From: a plasmid
Direction: 5' to 3' (one strand)
Sequence record: NZ_CP023785.1
Length of the DNA: 64,000 bases
Positions 44,878-55,457 of this stretch are shown here, in pieces. The notes below the pieces were generated by a model that was given only the letters and a program-made list of their open reading frames with translations, was not told the DNA's origin and searched no databases. A program made the translations under genes and the position numbers. Every line of letters starts with the position of its first letter. Position 1 is the stretch's first letter.

Positions 44878-46743
44878 TTGGCAGTGTCGACCAAGACCAT
44901 TTATCAAGATATTGAATTGTTGGAAGATTATGTAGTTAATTACCAAGTAACAATTGAGCGATTACCTTCTTTGGGTATCAAACTCATAGGTGATAGGAAA
45001 AACGTTGAACATTTGATTTCATCGGTAGAAAATTATCTTGAAAAAGATATTTATTCTCCAGAAAAAAGACGTGTCGAGATCATTAAAGAAGTTTTGTTTG
45101 GTGATAAGCCTGTTTCTTTAACTCATTTGTCTCAAAGTTTTATGGTTAGTAAAACATCGTTATACAATGACCTGAGAATTATCAATAAAATTATTGGCAG
45201 TGGAGAAGTTAAGTTGCAGTCATCTGCAGAAGGAATTAGTTTTACTGGTAATGAACAAGCAATTCAACGAGCAATCAAGCAACTTGTATTCTATTATGCG
45301 AATGACATGGAATCAAAAACATTTTTTCAAGTTTTAAATATGTTGTTTGATTCAAAAGTTATTAGTGTCATTCATGATTTGCTATTCAATGATTACAGTG
45401 AACTGACTGAAAAGGTTTCTGATTACTATGTTCGGTCATTGATTTCTACTTTAGTTATCCAATGTAACCGTTTACTGAAAGGTCATCATTTAACTGTTGA
45501 AGAAGAATTCCTCTTCAATAGCATTCGCTATATGGAAACGTACATTGTGGCAAATGGTTTAATTGAAGAATTGAAGGCAAAATTGAATCTTCCATTTTAT
45601 GACGCAGATAAAGAATATCTATGTCGTCAACTATTTGCACATCGTGTGACAAATAATTTAAAAACCAGCAATGAAGAGTACGCTATGAGCGTTCATAAAT
45701 TGATTGAAAGAATGAGTGAGATTGAAAAAATTGATTTGACTCAAAATGATCGATTATATCAATCCTTATTGTATCATGTGCCAGCAATGGTCCTTCGTTT
45801 AAAAAAAGGTATTAAAATTCAAAATCCGTTATTAGAAAATATCAAATCTCAATATTCAGAACTCTTTAGCATAGTATGGTACGCCATGTCCATCCTTGAA
45901 GAAGAATTTGATGTGACTTTAACGGACGATGAAGTTTCCTTAATTTTGATTCATTTTCAGATTGCTATTGAAGATCAGTCCAAAGCAAATAATATCATCA
46001 TTATTTGCCAATACGGTATTTCTTCTGCGCAATTAATTTACAATAAAGTTCGACGGTTTTTACCAGCAAAAGATAATGTAGAAATATCAACTTTAGATAA
46101 GTTTCATTTAGCTGAAATTGGGGAAGTTGATTTGATTATTTCCTCTCTTTCCTTTGATGCAGGTGGTATACCCTTAGTAAGGGTATCTCCATTGGTAAGT
46201 AAAACAGATTATATGAATATTATGGAAGCTTATACTAAATATTTAATAGAAGAACCTTCGCGATTTATTCAAAATGAACTGATTCCTAAAGCGGTTAAAG
46301 TTCCCACCATATCTAAATTTGTTCAATCATCTTTAGTAAAAACAGGAGTACAGGTGGAAAGCAAAGAAGAATGTTTGGATTTGATGATTTCCGAACTAGA
46401 AGCCAATTCATTAGTTACTGAAGAGTTTCGTGCTTCTATCTTCTCTAGAGAGAAAATGGGGAATACTAATTTAGAAAGTGGTGTTGCTTTACCGCATGCG
46501 AATCCATCAATGGTCATTGAATCCAACATTTTTATTGTAGCATTAAAAAATGCGATTAATTGGGGCGATCGAAAAGTCAAATTAGTCATTATGGTTAGTT
46601 TAGCTGAAGAAGATGTATCTGAGATTAGAGGAGTATATGAAGAACTTTACCAATTTATTGGGCAAAAAGAAATGGTCGATCGCTTGTTACAAGTTCATGA
46701 TAGCGAAAAATTACTAAGAATTTTTCAACAAAAAGGAGAATAA
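44878..46743 (+). CDS. PRD-containing PTS regulatory protein (MtlR/LicR-like activator/antiterminator), 5'-truncated by IS982
   Basis: The N-terminal HTH remnant LAVSTKTIYQDIELLED is followed by PRDs, then EIIB(Gat)-like and EIIA(Mtl)-like domains. The open frame continues upstream to the IS982 right IR without a start codon, and the listed start is TTG. Confidence 0.55.
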   Translation: MAVSTKTIYQDIELLEDYVVNYQVTIERLPSLGIKLIGDRKNVEHLISSVENYLEKDIYSPEKRRVEIIKEVLFGDKPVSLTHLSQSFMVSKTSLYNDLRIINKIIGSGEVKLQSSAEGISFTGNEQAIQRAIKQLVFYYANDMESKTFFQVLNMLFDSKVISVIHDLLFNDYSELTEKVSDYYVRSLISTLVIQCNRLLKGHHLTVEEEFLFNSIRYMETYIVANGLIEELKAKLNLPFYDADKEYLCRQLFAHRVTNNLKTSNEEYAMSVHKLIERMSEIEKIDLTQNDRLYQSLLYHVPAMVLRLKKGIKIQNPLLENIKSQYSELFSIVWYAMSILEEEFDVTLTDDEVSLILIHFQIAIEDQSKANNIIIICQYGISSAQLIYNKVRRFLPAKDNVEISTLDKFHLAEIGEVDLIISSLSFDAGGIPLVRVSPLVSKTDYMNIMEAYTKYLIEEPSRFIQNELIPKAVKVPTISKFVQSSLVKTGVQVESKEECLDLMISELEANSLVTEEFRASIFSREKMGNTNLESGVALPHANPSMVIESNIFIVALKNAINWGDRKVKLVIMVSLAEEDVSEIRGVYEELYQFIGQKEMVDRLLQVHDSEKLLRIFQQKGE

Positions 46744-46745
46744 AA

Positions 46746-47201
46746 ATGTATCTAGATAAAGAATTATGTTTATTTCAATTAGAAGTGAAAGATCAAAAAG
46801 AATTGTTTCAAGTAATGTCTGAACAATTAAAAAACGCTGGTTGCGTGAAAGATAGTTTCTTAGAAGGTATCACCAACCGTGAACAAGAATTTCCAACTGG
46901 ATTAGAAGTAAATCAAATTGGGTTTGCTATCCCACATACAGATTCCGCACATGTAAATAGCTCTCAAATCTGTTTTGCCTCATTAAAGGAACCACTGGTA
47001 TTTTCAGATATGACAGATAAATCTCATGAAATACCTGTACGTTTAGTCTTTATGTTGGCAATGTCACAACCTCATGAACAAATTGATACACTACAAAACT
47101 TAGTTAGCCTATTTCAAAATGAAGAAAAAGTAAATGAATTACTTGCATGTACCACGAAAGAAGCATTTATTGAGTTAGTACATTCTGCAGGAGTTTATTA
47201 G
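46746..47201 (+). CDS. PTS EIIA component (type-2, fructose/mannitol/ascorbate family)
   Basis: The active-site His context is GFAIPHTD. 151 aa. Confidence 0.6.
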   Translation: MYLDKELCLFQLEVKDQKELFQVMSEQLKNAGCVKDSFLEGITNREQEFPTGLEVNQIGFAIPHTDSAHVNSSQICFASLKEPLVFSDMTDKSHEIPVRLVFMLAMSQPHEQIDTLQNLVSLFQNEEKVNELLACTTKEAFIELVHSAGVY

Positions 47202-47214
47202 GAGGAATAGAGAG

Positions 47215-48543
47215 ATGGATATTGTATTAAATGCCTTTGAATGGTTTATTGGATTAGGGTCAAACGTCTTTTTACCACTGATTATTTTTGTAATCGGGAT
47301 ATTATTTGGATTAAAACCTGGTAAAGCATTTGTTTCCGGCGTTACTGTTGGTATCGGTTCTATTGGTTTAGGATTAGTTTTAAGTTTATTATCAGATGGT
47401 TTAGGAACAGCAATTCAACAAATGGGGGAACAATACGGTGGTGGCCTGAATATCCTAGATATTGGCGTAGGTGTTGGTGGACCTTTGGCTTACTCTACAT
47501 CATTGGGAATTTTAATGATTCCAATTTCATTAATTCTTAACTTCATATTTGTGGTTTTGGGTTGGACAAAAACATTGAATGTTGATATTTGGAACTTTTG
47601 GTTCGCAATTTTCCTAGGTATGATTACTCAATCTGTTACGGGAAACTTTTGGTTTGGCTTAATTGGCGCGATTGTCGCAGTAATTTTACAATGGTTCTTA
47701 GCAGATCGTACACAAAAAACTGTTAGCGAATTTTTCGGCTATCCAGGAATCTCTATCACACATATGATGGGATTATCAGGAGTACTATTTGCCAAACCAG
47801 TAAATTGGGTTTTTGATCGTATTCCTGGATTTAATAAAATAGATGCAGATGCAGAAACATTAACAAAACGTTTCGGTGTTTTAGGTGACACAGTTGTTAT
47901 TGGCCTAATTATCGGTATTGTAGTGGGTATTATGGCAGGCTATGACGTAGCAGGAATTGGAAACTTAGGAATTATGACTGCGGCAGTGATGAAGATTATG
48001 CCTAAAATGGTAGCAATGTTTATGGAAGGTTTAATGCCAATTGCAGAAGCGGCGAAAGAATTTACGAATAAAAAGTTAAATGGTCGCCAAGTAAACATTG
48101 GAATGGATGCAGCGTTAACTGTGGGTCATCCAACTATTATGTCAACTTCTCTATTGCTTGTACCAATCTCATTATTGCTAGCACTAATTCTTCCAGGAAA
48201 TAAAGTATTACCTTTTGGAGATTTAGCATTCTTTGCTTTCGCCATCTGTTTAATGATTCCTTATTTTAAAGGAAATATTGTGAGATCATTAGTAGGATGT
48301 TCGTTGTATGTTGTTACAACATTATATATGGCAACATGGTTGGCACCAATTATCACTGATGTGTTTACATTAGCAAGTTTCGATGTGGGGACAGCAGGAT
48401 TAGTAACTATGTTGTTATGTGGATTATGGCCAGTAGGGTTGTTTGTTTTATTAGCATCTTACTTTGGTGTAATTGGAATAGGTGGATTAGGAGTTGTTTT
48501 AGTAGGTGCTTCTATCTACATGAACAAAGTGAAGAAAGCTTAA
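47215..48543 (+). CDS. PTS EIIC permease (galactitol/ascorbate-type)
   Basis: 442 aa polytopic protein with a GGAGG RBS. Confidence 0.6.
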   Translation: MDIVLNAFEWFIGLGSNVFLPLIIFVIGILFGLKPGKAFVSGVTVGIGSIGLGLVLSLLSDGLGTAIQQMGEQYGGGLNILDIGVGVGGPLAYSTSLGILMIPISLILNFIFVVLGWTKTLNVDIWNFWFAIFLGMITQSVTGNFWFGLIGAIVAVILQWFLADRTQKTVSEFFGYPGISITHMMGLSGVLFAKPVNWVFDRIPGFNKIDADAETLTKRFGVLGDTVVIGLIIGIVVGIMAGYDVAGIGNLGIMTAAVMKIMPKMVAMFMEGLMPIAEAAKEFTNKKLNGRQVNIGMDAALTVGHPTIMSTSLLLVPISLLLALILPGNKVLPFGDLAFFAFAICLMIPYFKGNIVRSLVGCSLYVVTTLYMATWLAPIITDVFTLASFDVGTAGLVTMLLCGLWPVGLFVLLASYFGVIGIGGLGVVLVGASIYMNKVKKA

Positions 48544-48576
48544 TCATAAAATTAAAATAAGAAAGAAGAGATCAAT

Positions 48577-48861
48577 ATGAAAAAATTATTAGTTATTTGT
48601 GGAGCAGGTCATGCTACTTCTACAATTGCAGTAGCAAAATTATCAAAATGGTTGGAAGAAGAAGGATTAACAGATCAAGTGAAAATTTATCAATCTAAAA
48701 TTGCTGATGAGCTAAATAAAATTGATGAATATGATGCTGTAGTAAGTACAACAATTGTCCCTGATGTAATTAAAGCTAAAGTAACGAATGGCTTGGGCTT
48801 ATTAACAGGTATTGGTACAGATGCCATTTATGCAGATGTAAAAGAAAGATTAGGTGTTTAA
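48577..48861 (+). CDS. PTS EIIB component (GatB-like)
   Basis: 94 aa. The N-terminal LVICGAGHATST carries the phosphorylatable Cys. Confidence 0.6.
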   Translation: MKKLLVICGAGHATSTIAVAKLSKWLEEEGLTDQVKIYQSKIADELNKIDEYDAVVSTTIVPDVIKAKVTNGLGLLTGIGTDAIYADVKERLGV

Positions 48862-48862
48862 T

Positions 48863-49378
48863 ATGCGTTTTCATCATGACACTTTGACTATTGAAACAGT
48901 TTCAGGGCGTCCTTCGTATCATGATATTCGAAAAGAACTTTTAGATACAGTTGATACAGCAGGTATTGAGAATGGAATGTTAGTAATTTCGAGCCCGCAT
49001 ACAACTTGCTCACTCTTTTTTGAAGAAACGATGCATGACACAAACTTTTTTGGTGATGATTATTTACATGTAGACATCAACAATGTAATGGAAACGATTA
49101 TTCCAAAAATGACGAGTGAAAATCAATACAACAGTCCGGGGCCAAAACACATTGATTTTGGAACAAGATTATCTGATCCCAATTACCCTGCAGAAAAATG
49201 GGTCATGCTAAATACCGATGCACATTTACGTTCATCTATTTATGGAACCAACTCAATGACTTTAATTGTTCAAGAAGGTAAACTTTTATTAGGAGAAATG
49301 GGCCGTGTCTATTTTGTCGATTGGGATCAACTAAGAGAGCGAACTAGAACAATCAATCTCATGATTATGGGAGAATAA
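48863..49378 (+). CDS. YjbQ/UPF0047-family protein
   Basis: Has the conserved motifs SSPHTTCSLFFEE and NTDAHLRSSIYG...LLGEMG. Confidence 0.45.
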   Translation: MRFHHDTLTIETVSGRPSYHDIRKELLDTVDTAGIENGMLVISSPHTTCSLFFEETMHDTNFFGDDYLHVDINNVMETIIPKMTSENQYNSPGPKHIDFGTRLSDPNYPAEKWVMLNTDAHLRSSIYGTNSMTLIVQEGKLLLGEMGRVYFVDWDQLRERTRTINLMIMGE

Positions 49379-49393
49379 ACGGGGGAATAGAGA

Positions 49394-50056
49394 ATGACAA
49401 TTGCTCCATCATTGTTAAATGCACCTATCGCAGAAGTTAAAGAGTTATTTGAAATCTTAAAAGAAAAGAATGTTGATTATTTGCATATTGATGTAATGGA
49501 TGGCTGTTTTGTACCAGATATGGCTTTTGGACCAAGTGTTATTAAAGATATTCGTCCACTAACAGACGTTGTGTTTGATGTTCATTTGATGATTGATACA
49601 CCAGAAAAAATTGTCACAAGATTTGTAGAAGCAGGAGCAGATATTGTTACCTTCCACATTGAAGCTACCAAACACGCAATGAAGGTCATTCAGTTAGTCA
49701 AGGAAGCAGGAGCAAAAGTAGGGATTACTTTTAATCCTGCAACACCAGTCAGTTTTATTGAACCAGTATTATCTTTAGTCGATCAAGTATTAGTAATGAC
49801 AATCAATCCAGGAACAGAGAATAAGCATTTTATTCAAGAGACAGTAGTTAAAATCGAACAGTTAGATGTAATACGCAAACAAAATGATTATACGTATGAT
49901 ATTGAAGTAGATGGCAAGATTGATAATCAAACGATTAAAGTTTGTTCTAAAGCAGGGGCGGATATTTTTGTATCAGGCGGTTTCATCTTCAATGGGAAAA
50001 ATACCCCGCAAGAACAAATTGATAAACTAAATCAATCATTAGAGGAAGTGAAGTAA
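49394..50056 (+). CDS. Ribulose-phosphate 3-epimerase family protein (hexulose/pentulose-phosphate 3-epimerase)
   Basis: Has HIDVMDGCFVPDMAFGP, DVHLMI and MTINPG motifs. Confidence 0.65.
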   Translation: MTIAPSLLNAPIAEVKELFEILKEKNVDYLHIDVMDGCFVPDMAFGPSVIKDIRPLTDVVFDVHLMIDTPEKIVTRFVEAGADIVTFHIEATKHAMKVIQLVKEAGAKVGITFNPATPVSFIEPVLSLVDQVLVMTINPGTENKHFIQETVVKIEQLDVIRKQNDYTYDIEVDGKIDNQTIKVCSKAGADIFVSGGFIFNGKNTPQEQIDKLNQSLEEVK

Positions 50057-50062
50057 AAGATC

Positions 50063-50635
50063 ATGACCAATAAAGACCAAAATAAAAACTATTTAGAAGC
50101 GATTATCTTAGAATTACAAAATAACTCAAAACGTATTAATTCTGTAGAGTTAGAACAATTTAGTGAGAAAATTGTTCAAGCTAAACACATCTTTCTAGCT
50201 GGTGCAGGACGCTCTGGAATTGCCATGCAAGCATTTACGAATCGCTTAATGCATTTAGGTTTTTCAGTCAGCCTTGTCGGTGAAATTAGTTCACCACATT
50301 CGCAACCTGGAGATTTATTAATTATCTGTTCTGGCTCAGGTGAAACAGGTAGTTTAAAAAATTTAGCGGCCAAAGCAAATCAAAGTGGTGTAAGCATTGC
50401 TTTAGTTACCATGAAAAAAGACTCGTCGATTGGTCAATTAGCAGATTCTGTTCTTGTATTACCAGGTATTACCAAAGATGAAAATCAACGAGAAGAAGAT
50501 ACTTTTTCACAACCTATGGGTTCAAGTTTTGAACAATTAGCATTTCTCACCTTTGATAGTTTAGTGTTATCTTTAATGGATAAAACAGGTGAAAGCTCAG
50601 AAACGATGTTTGCTCGACATGCAGATTTTGAGTAG
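50063..50635 (+). CDS. SIS-domain sugar-phosphate isomerase (6-phospho-3-hexuloisomerase-like)
   Basis: Has the IFLAGAGRSG motif typical of PHI/HxlB. Confidence 0.6.
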   Translation: MTNKDQNKNYLEAIILELQNNSKRINSVELEQFSEKIVQAKHIFLAGAGRSGIAMQAFTNRLMHLGFSVSLVGEISSPHSQPGDLLIICSGSGETGSLKNLAAKANQSGVSIALVTMKKDSSIGQLADSVLVLPGITKDENQREEDTFSQPMGSSFEQLAFLTFDSLVLSLMDKTGESSETMFARHADFE

Positions 50636-50652
50636 TAGATTTTAAAGATAAA

Positions 50653-50702
50653 AAACCATTCTCTAAATGCTAATTATTCAGCAAATATGAGAATGGTTTT
50701 TT
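50653..50702 (+). terminator. Rho-independent terminator
   Basis: AAAAACCATTCTC-loop-GAGAATGGTTTTTTT. Confidence 0.55.
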
Positions 50703-50806
50703 TATTTGATTAGACATAACTTAATAATTCGTAAGCGCCCCATAGAACAGTACCTGTACGTCAAATAACCCGACCTATAGAATAGAATCGGGAATGTTTG
50801 GCGTTT

Positions 50807-52354
50807 TTAGTTACGAGAAAAATGTTGTTGTACATCCTTGTTCCAAGGCAACAGTTGATCTAAAGTTTCTGCTGAAAGTACGGGAAGATTTGGTATCTTA
50901 TCAAATAGAAACTCTAGATACTTTACAGGATTCAATCCGTTAAGTTCTGCTGTTTTATATACACTCAGAATGATTCCTGAAGTTCGTGCTCCTTCAAGAC
51001 TTGTGGAATGCAACCAATTTTTCCGTCCTATCACCAGCTCTTTGATATTTCGCTCCGCACGATTATTTGTGAGTTCTAAACGACCATCTTCAAAAATAGG
51101 TTCAAAACCACTTCGTAGTTTACACGCATATTGAACGGCTGCATCCAACTTGGATTTTGCAACAGGATCTATCGTTGCCATCCACTCATAAAAAGCAATA
51201 AATAATGGACGCAGTTCTTGTTGCCGACAGCTTAATCGCTTCTCAGGAGAAAAGTCTTTCCATTTCTTTTCTAGGACAAACCATTTATCCAATTGTTTGA
51301 CTGCTTGAGCTGCGGGAATATCCGTGTTTTTCTTTCCTTTTGGAATTGCTTCGAAAAATTTCCGCCGAACATGCGCGAAACAATAGACAAGTCGTACACT
51401 TTCCACGGCATTATACCCGCTATAGCCGTCACAGTGTAAATACCCTGTAAACTCCTTGAGAAAAGTTTTCGGAACATCTCCAGCACGACTTTCGTCGTGG
51501 TGATAATAAACGATGGGATGCTGACTGTCTTTTCCTGTACAAAACTGCCAGTAATAGGTATCTGTTTTGGCACTTTCAATCACACGATAACTTGTTTCAT
51601 CCCCGTGTAGAATCTCTTCTTGATTAAGATAGACTCTTAATCGTTCTCCTAAAGGGTCTAACGCGTTTTGCACTGCTTTAATATGCCAATTGGTGATATT
51701 ATCTCTCGAAATATCCAACCCATGTGTTTGTTTCCAATAGTTCTCTTGCCGATAGGCAGGAACTTTCTGACCAAATTTCATCCGGATCGTTTCCGCCACT
51801 AAACTATTGGAACCTAAGCTATTAGAAATCAAAGGTTTAGGAACGATCGCTTTTTTAAAAGAAGAAAGTCCTTCTTTTTCGCAGCTTTTACAACAATAGG
51901 TATGTTGATAATGGGTGAGACAATCCAACATAGCCTGATGGAAACGAATTTCTTCTCGTACTTTTGTCCGTCCGATATCTTTCATCTGTGAACCGCAATG
52001 TTCACAAAATTGTTCTTCCAAAGGAAGGAGATGTTCTTTCTCTGTTATAGGTAAGTGTTTGATTTTGTCTGCTTTCGTTCCTACAACTCGTTGATGTCCT
52101 TTTACTGGAATAATGGTGGCAGCTGCTTCTGGAACACTTACAGAAATTTCTTCATCACTAAAAAGATTCAATTGCCCATTCGTTTCCTCAAAGAGAGTCT
52201 CTTTAGAGCGTCCAAATAATTTGTTGGTTAAATAATTGACCTTTTCATTCAATAGTTGGATTTCAGTTGTAAGATTCTGAATGGTTTGTTGTTGTGTTTG
52301 ATTGGTTTTATGGGCTTCTTGAAGCAACTGAAGCAACGTATCTGTAGTTTCCAA
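50807..52354 (-). CDS. IS66-family transposase TnpC
   Basis: 515 aa with an N-terminal leucine zipper, CxxC zinc-binding motifs and a DDE domain. Confidence 0.75.
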   Translation of the reverse strand: METTDTLLQLLQEAHKTNQTQQQTIQNLTTEIQLLNEKVNYLTNKLFGRSKETLFEETNGQLNLFSDEEISVSVPEAAATIIPVKGHQRVVGTKADKIKHLPITEKEHLLPLEEQFCEHCGSQMKDIGRTKVREEIRFHQAMLDCLTHYQHTYCCKSCEKEGLSSFKKAIVPKPLISNSLGSNSLVAETIRMKFGQKVPAYRQENYWKQTHGLDISRDNITNWHIKAVQNALDPLGERLRVYLNQEEILHGDETSYRVIESAKTDTYYWQFCTGKDSQHPIVYYHHDESRAGDVPKTFLKEFTGYLHCDGYSGYNAVESVRLVYCFAHVRRKFFEAIPKGKKNTDIPAAQAVKQLDKWFVLEKKWKDFSPEKRLSCRQQELRPLFIAFYEWMATIDPVAKSKLDAAVQYACKLRSGFEPIFEDGRLELTNNRAERNIKELVIGRKNWLHSTSLEGARTSGIILSVYKTAELNGLNPVKYLEFLFDKIPNLPVLSAETLDQLLPWNKDVQQHFSRN

Positions 52355-52455
52355 AATTTTTCACCACCTTGAATCGAACTGATTTTGTTACAGAATACCA
52401 CAAGAAACGCACAAGAAATAGGGGTTCAACACATTTTTTGTGTTAACCCCCCAGC

Positions 52456-52809
52456 TTAAAAAACTCCTTTTTTTCCTGGCAAAATAGCTCGAGGTTGATC
52501 GATACTTAATCCTTCTAACAACCATCGAACCTGTTGGTTCGTTAAGGTTCGAACTTCGTCTTTCGTCCGAGGCCATTTTAACTTGCCGTTTTCTATCCGC
52601 TTATAACAGAGAAGAAAACCATCACCGTCCCAATAGAGAAGTTTGAAACGGTCTTGACGGTTCCCGCAAAATAAAAAAACGGCATCTTCGTAAAGCTCGA
52701 GTTGATACTCTTGTTGAATAAGACTGGCAAGACCATCAATTCCTTTTCGCAAATCTGTTTTTCCGCACACAATATAAATATGTTTGGTTTGAAGTAAATC
52801 ATAAAGCAT
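52456..52809 (-). CDS. IS66-family Orf2 (TnpB)
   Basis: 117 aa with IYIVCGKTDLRKGIDGLA...LFLFCGNRQDRFKLLYWDGDGF. Confidence 0.75.
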   Translation of the reverse strand: MLYDLLQTKHIYIVCGKTDLRKGIDGLASLIQQEYQLELYEDAVFLFCGNRQDRFKLLYWDGDGFLLCYKRIENGKLKWPRTKDEVRTLTNQQVRWLLEGLSIDQPRAILPGKKGVF

Positions 52810-52993
52810 TGGACAACAGTTCTTTCAAAATAGCTTGAAGAATATAATTGTTAATACCGTTATAGATCAAAACTTCAGAACCATTCTCTCTTTTGATGCG
52901 CATCGCTAACTTGGCAGCCGCGGGTTTACCTTTTTCTGGTGCACTCTTTTCGTTTCCTAATTGGACAGGAACAATCTCATTTAATTTATACAT
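52799..52993 (-). CDS. IS66-family Orf1 (TnpA)
   Basis: Starts at MYKLNEIVPVQL with a GGAGG RBS. Confidence 0.6.
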   Translation of the reverse strand: MYKLNEIVPVQLGNEKSAPEKGKPAAAKLAMRIKRENGSEVLIYNGINNYILQAILKELLSNAL

Positions 52994-53174
52994 AGAAAAC
53001 CTCCAGACTTCTTGATAGCTCAAGTATATCTTGAGGTGCATTTGTTAGTAAGGTACTGTTCTATGGGGCGCTTACAATAATTCAGTAGTTTTGAGCGTAA
53101 GCGTGTCATAGAATGGTACCTAAACACAAATAGCCCGATTTGATACACTCAAATCAGGTTATTTGTGGCTTATA

Positions 53175-54695
53175 TTATTTACAGATTTCTTGTATCTGCT
53201 GATTCCATGGCAAATAAGCGCGTAGCGCTTCAGGTGTCATCGAAGACAGATTGGGAATCTCTGTAAAAAGATGATTTAAATATTTGCGGATGTTTAACCC
53301 ATTCGCAACAGCTGTCTGGATAATACTCAATATAATTCCATTTGATCTAGCGCCTTTTAAGCTTTTAGAAAATAGCCAGTTTTTTCGACCGATCACTAAC
53401 TCTTTGATGGCACGCTCTGCTCGGTTATTTGAAAGTTCCAAGCGTCCATCAAGCAACACAATCTGAAGTCCGTCTTTATGATTGACTGCGTATTGAACCG
53501 CCTTTCCAAGCTGCGATTTTGGCAAATAAGCAAAACTCTCACACCAATGAAAAAATTCAGTCATCACAGGCTGCAACGTTTCCTTCCTCGCTACAAACCT
53601 TTCTTCTGCGCTAAGCTTATTAAAGGTCCGTTCGATTCGAAACATCTTGTCACAGAAGTCTAATCCTATTTTGGCATGACTTTTTGGGGACGGTTGTTTA
53701 CCCAATGCTTCAAAAAACTTTCTGCGAACATGCGCCCAACAATAAACATTGTTTACCGGCAGCTTTCCATAGGCCGCGTAACCATCAGTATGCAAGAAAC
53801 CGCTAAATGATTCTAAAAAACTTTTTGGCTCATCAACGGAACGCGAATTTGCGTGCTCGTAGAGCACAACTTGTTTTTCTTCGCTTTTACCTGAAGCATA
53901 TAACCAGTAAAAGGTCTTTTCTTTATGAGTATTCAATACCCGATAGCTTGTCTCATCCGCGTGTAAGACCTCCTGATTGCTTAATTCTTGATGAAGGCAA
54001 TTGTAGATTGGCTCTAAAACCATTTCACTTACCTTGATATGCCAATTAGTGATTTTTTTACGATCAAGAGGGAAACCAAGTGCATGCCATTCTTTTTCTT
54101 GTCGATATGCCGGCACCTTTTTAACAAATTTTTCCCAAATACTCTGTGTCACAATTGAAGAGGAACCTAGACTATTATTGATCAACGGTTTAGGAACAGG
54201 CGCTTTTTTGATTTTTGTTTCTCCTAATGCTTCACATTCTCTGCAATGATAGGCATGTTGGTAGATGACTTGTTTTTCTATATGGGCAGGAACATACAAT
54301 GGCTCTTCTCTAAGCCTTGTCGCACCGATATCATGTAAAGTATGACCACAGTCTTCACACAAACAATCGGCACCTTTTAATTCATAATGAATAGGAACTT
54401 CAGGCAGACCTTCTAATGAAAGTGCTTTGAGTCCCTTGCGTTTTCTGCGTTTAAAAGAAGATACCGTAATGGGTTCCTGGCTTTCTTGTCCAGTGTGCTC
54501 TGGTTCATTAAAAGTTGAGTCGTCTAATAAATCGATTTGCCCATCTACGGGTGGTGTTTCTTTTTTTCGTCCAAACAAGCGTCGATTCATTTCAGCAATT
54601 TGTTCTCTAAGAAGAGTATTTTCCTGTTGCTGGATTTCAAGCAACTGTGTTAATTGCTTGATTTGTACAAGAAGTTCAGATTCCATTTTTGTCAT
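53175..54695 (-). CDS. IS66-family transposase TnpC (second copy, divergent)
   Basis: 506 aa with the same architecture as 50807..52354 and roughly 50-60% similarity. Confidence 0.7.
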   Translation of the reverse strand: MTKMESELLVQIKQLTQLLEIQQQENTLLREQIAEMNRRLFGRKKETPPVDGQIDLLDDSTFNEPEHTGQESQEPITVSSFKRRKRKGLKALSLEGLPEVPIHYELKGADCLCEDCGHTLHDIGATRLREEPLYVPAHIEKQVIYQHAYHCRECEALGETKIKKAPVPKPLINNSLGSSSIVTQSIWEKFVKKVPAYRQEKEWHALGFPLDRKKITNWHIKVSEMVLEPIYNCLHQELSNQEVLHADETSYRVLNTHKEKTFYWLYASGKSEEKQVVLYEHANSRSVDEPKSFLESFSGFLHTDGYAAYGKLPVNNVYCWAHVRRKFFEALGKQPSPKSHAKIGLDFCDKMFRIERTFNKLSAEERFVARKETLQPVMTEFFHWCESFAYLPKSQLGKAVQYAVNHKDGLQIVLLDGRLELSNNRAERAIKELVIGRKNWLFSKSLKGARSNGIILSIIQTAVANGLNIRKYLNHLFTEIPNLSSMTPEALRAYLPWNQQIQEICK

Positions 54696-54789
54696 TTTTA
54701 CACCACCATTCTAGCGATTTTCTTACATCTATTATACCATTTTATGACAACGAAAAACAGACAAAATCCTTGATTTAACAAGGTTTTCG

Positions 54790-55123
54790 TCTAATATATC
54801 GCACCTTTTTTCGTTTCTTTTAGCGTACATTTTTCTTCGATTGAAAGGCCAGTCAGTAAGACTTCTTTTCTGGAACGCGGCCATTGAAGGTACCCACTTT
54901 CAAATCTTTTGTACATTAATACAAATCCATTTTGATCCTAGTAAAGAGCCTTGAAGCGATCTTTCTTCGTACCGCAAAATAAGAAAAGCGCTTGATCGTA
55001 AACATCAAGGTCATATTCTTCTATAACGAAAGCTGCTAGTCCATCAATTCCTTTTCGAAGATCTGTTTTTCCACAAACGATAAAAATATGTTTCAATGCA
55101 GTTGCATCAATGAGCATTGGCAT
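54790..55123 (-). pseudogene. IS66-family Orf2 (TnpB) with premature stop (TGG to TAG at the conserved YWDGDG position)
   Basis: Translation reads ...KDRFKALY*DQNGFVLMYKRF... The intact copy has ...RFKLLYWDGDGFLLCYKRI. Confidence 0.6.
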
Positions 55124-55289
55124 TCAACTCTTTTAACAAGGTATACAAAAGATATTTATCCATTCCATTATAAATAAATATTTCCTTATCTTCCGATTTG
55201 ATTCTGCAAGCTAGTTTTGGCTTGGTGTCAATTTGCGATTTTTGAGCCGCACTTGAAAATTGAACTGGTACAATATCTTTTTTATTCAT
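55107..55289 (-). CDS. IS66-family Orf1 (TnpA), second copy
   Basis: 60 aa with KKDIVPVQF...IYNGMDKYLLYTLLKEL, paralogous to 52799..52993. Confidence 0.55.
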   Translation of the reverse strand: MNKKDIVPVQFSSAAQKSQIDTKPKLACRIKSEDKEIFIYNGMDKYLLYTLLKELNANAH

Positions 55290-55457
55290 TCGTTTTTCTC
55301 CTTCTATATTTGATAGTTTAATTATAGAAGAAAGATAATCGGCGTACGAGATACTATCCTATGACACGCTTACATTTAATTTAATATTTTGCCTCAAATT
55401 AGCCACACTTTTTATAGAACTAAGAGGAAAAATGAAGTTTTCTTCCTATTAATATAG

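Larger units (their letters stand above)
50731..53074 (-). mobile_element. IS66-family insertion sequence with 8-bp target-site duplication AATAATTC
   Basis: Terminal IRs: GTAAGCGCCCCATAGAACAGTACCT at 50731-50755 and its reverse complement ending at 53074. AATAATTC lies at 50723-50730 and again at 53075-53082. Carries three ORFs (tnpA, tnpB, tnpC). Confidence 0.8.
53096..55373 (-). mobile_element. Second, divergent IS66-family element directly abutting the first; probably defective
   Basis: One end reads GTAAGCGTGTCATAGAATGGTACC at 53096. The other end reads CTATGACACGCTTAC at 55359-55373. No flanking direct repeat. The tnpB copy has TGG to TAG. Confidence 0.6.
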
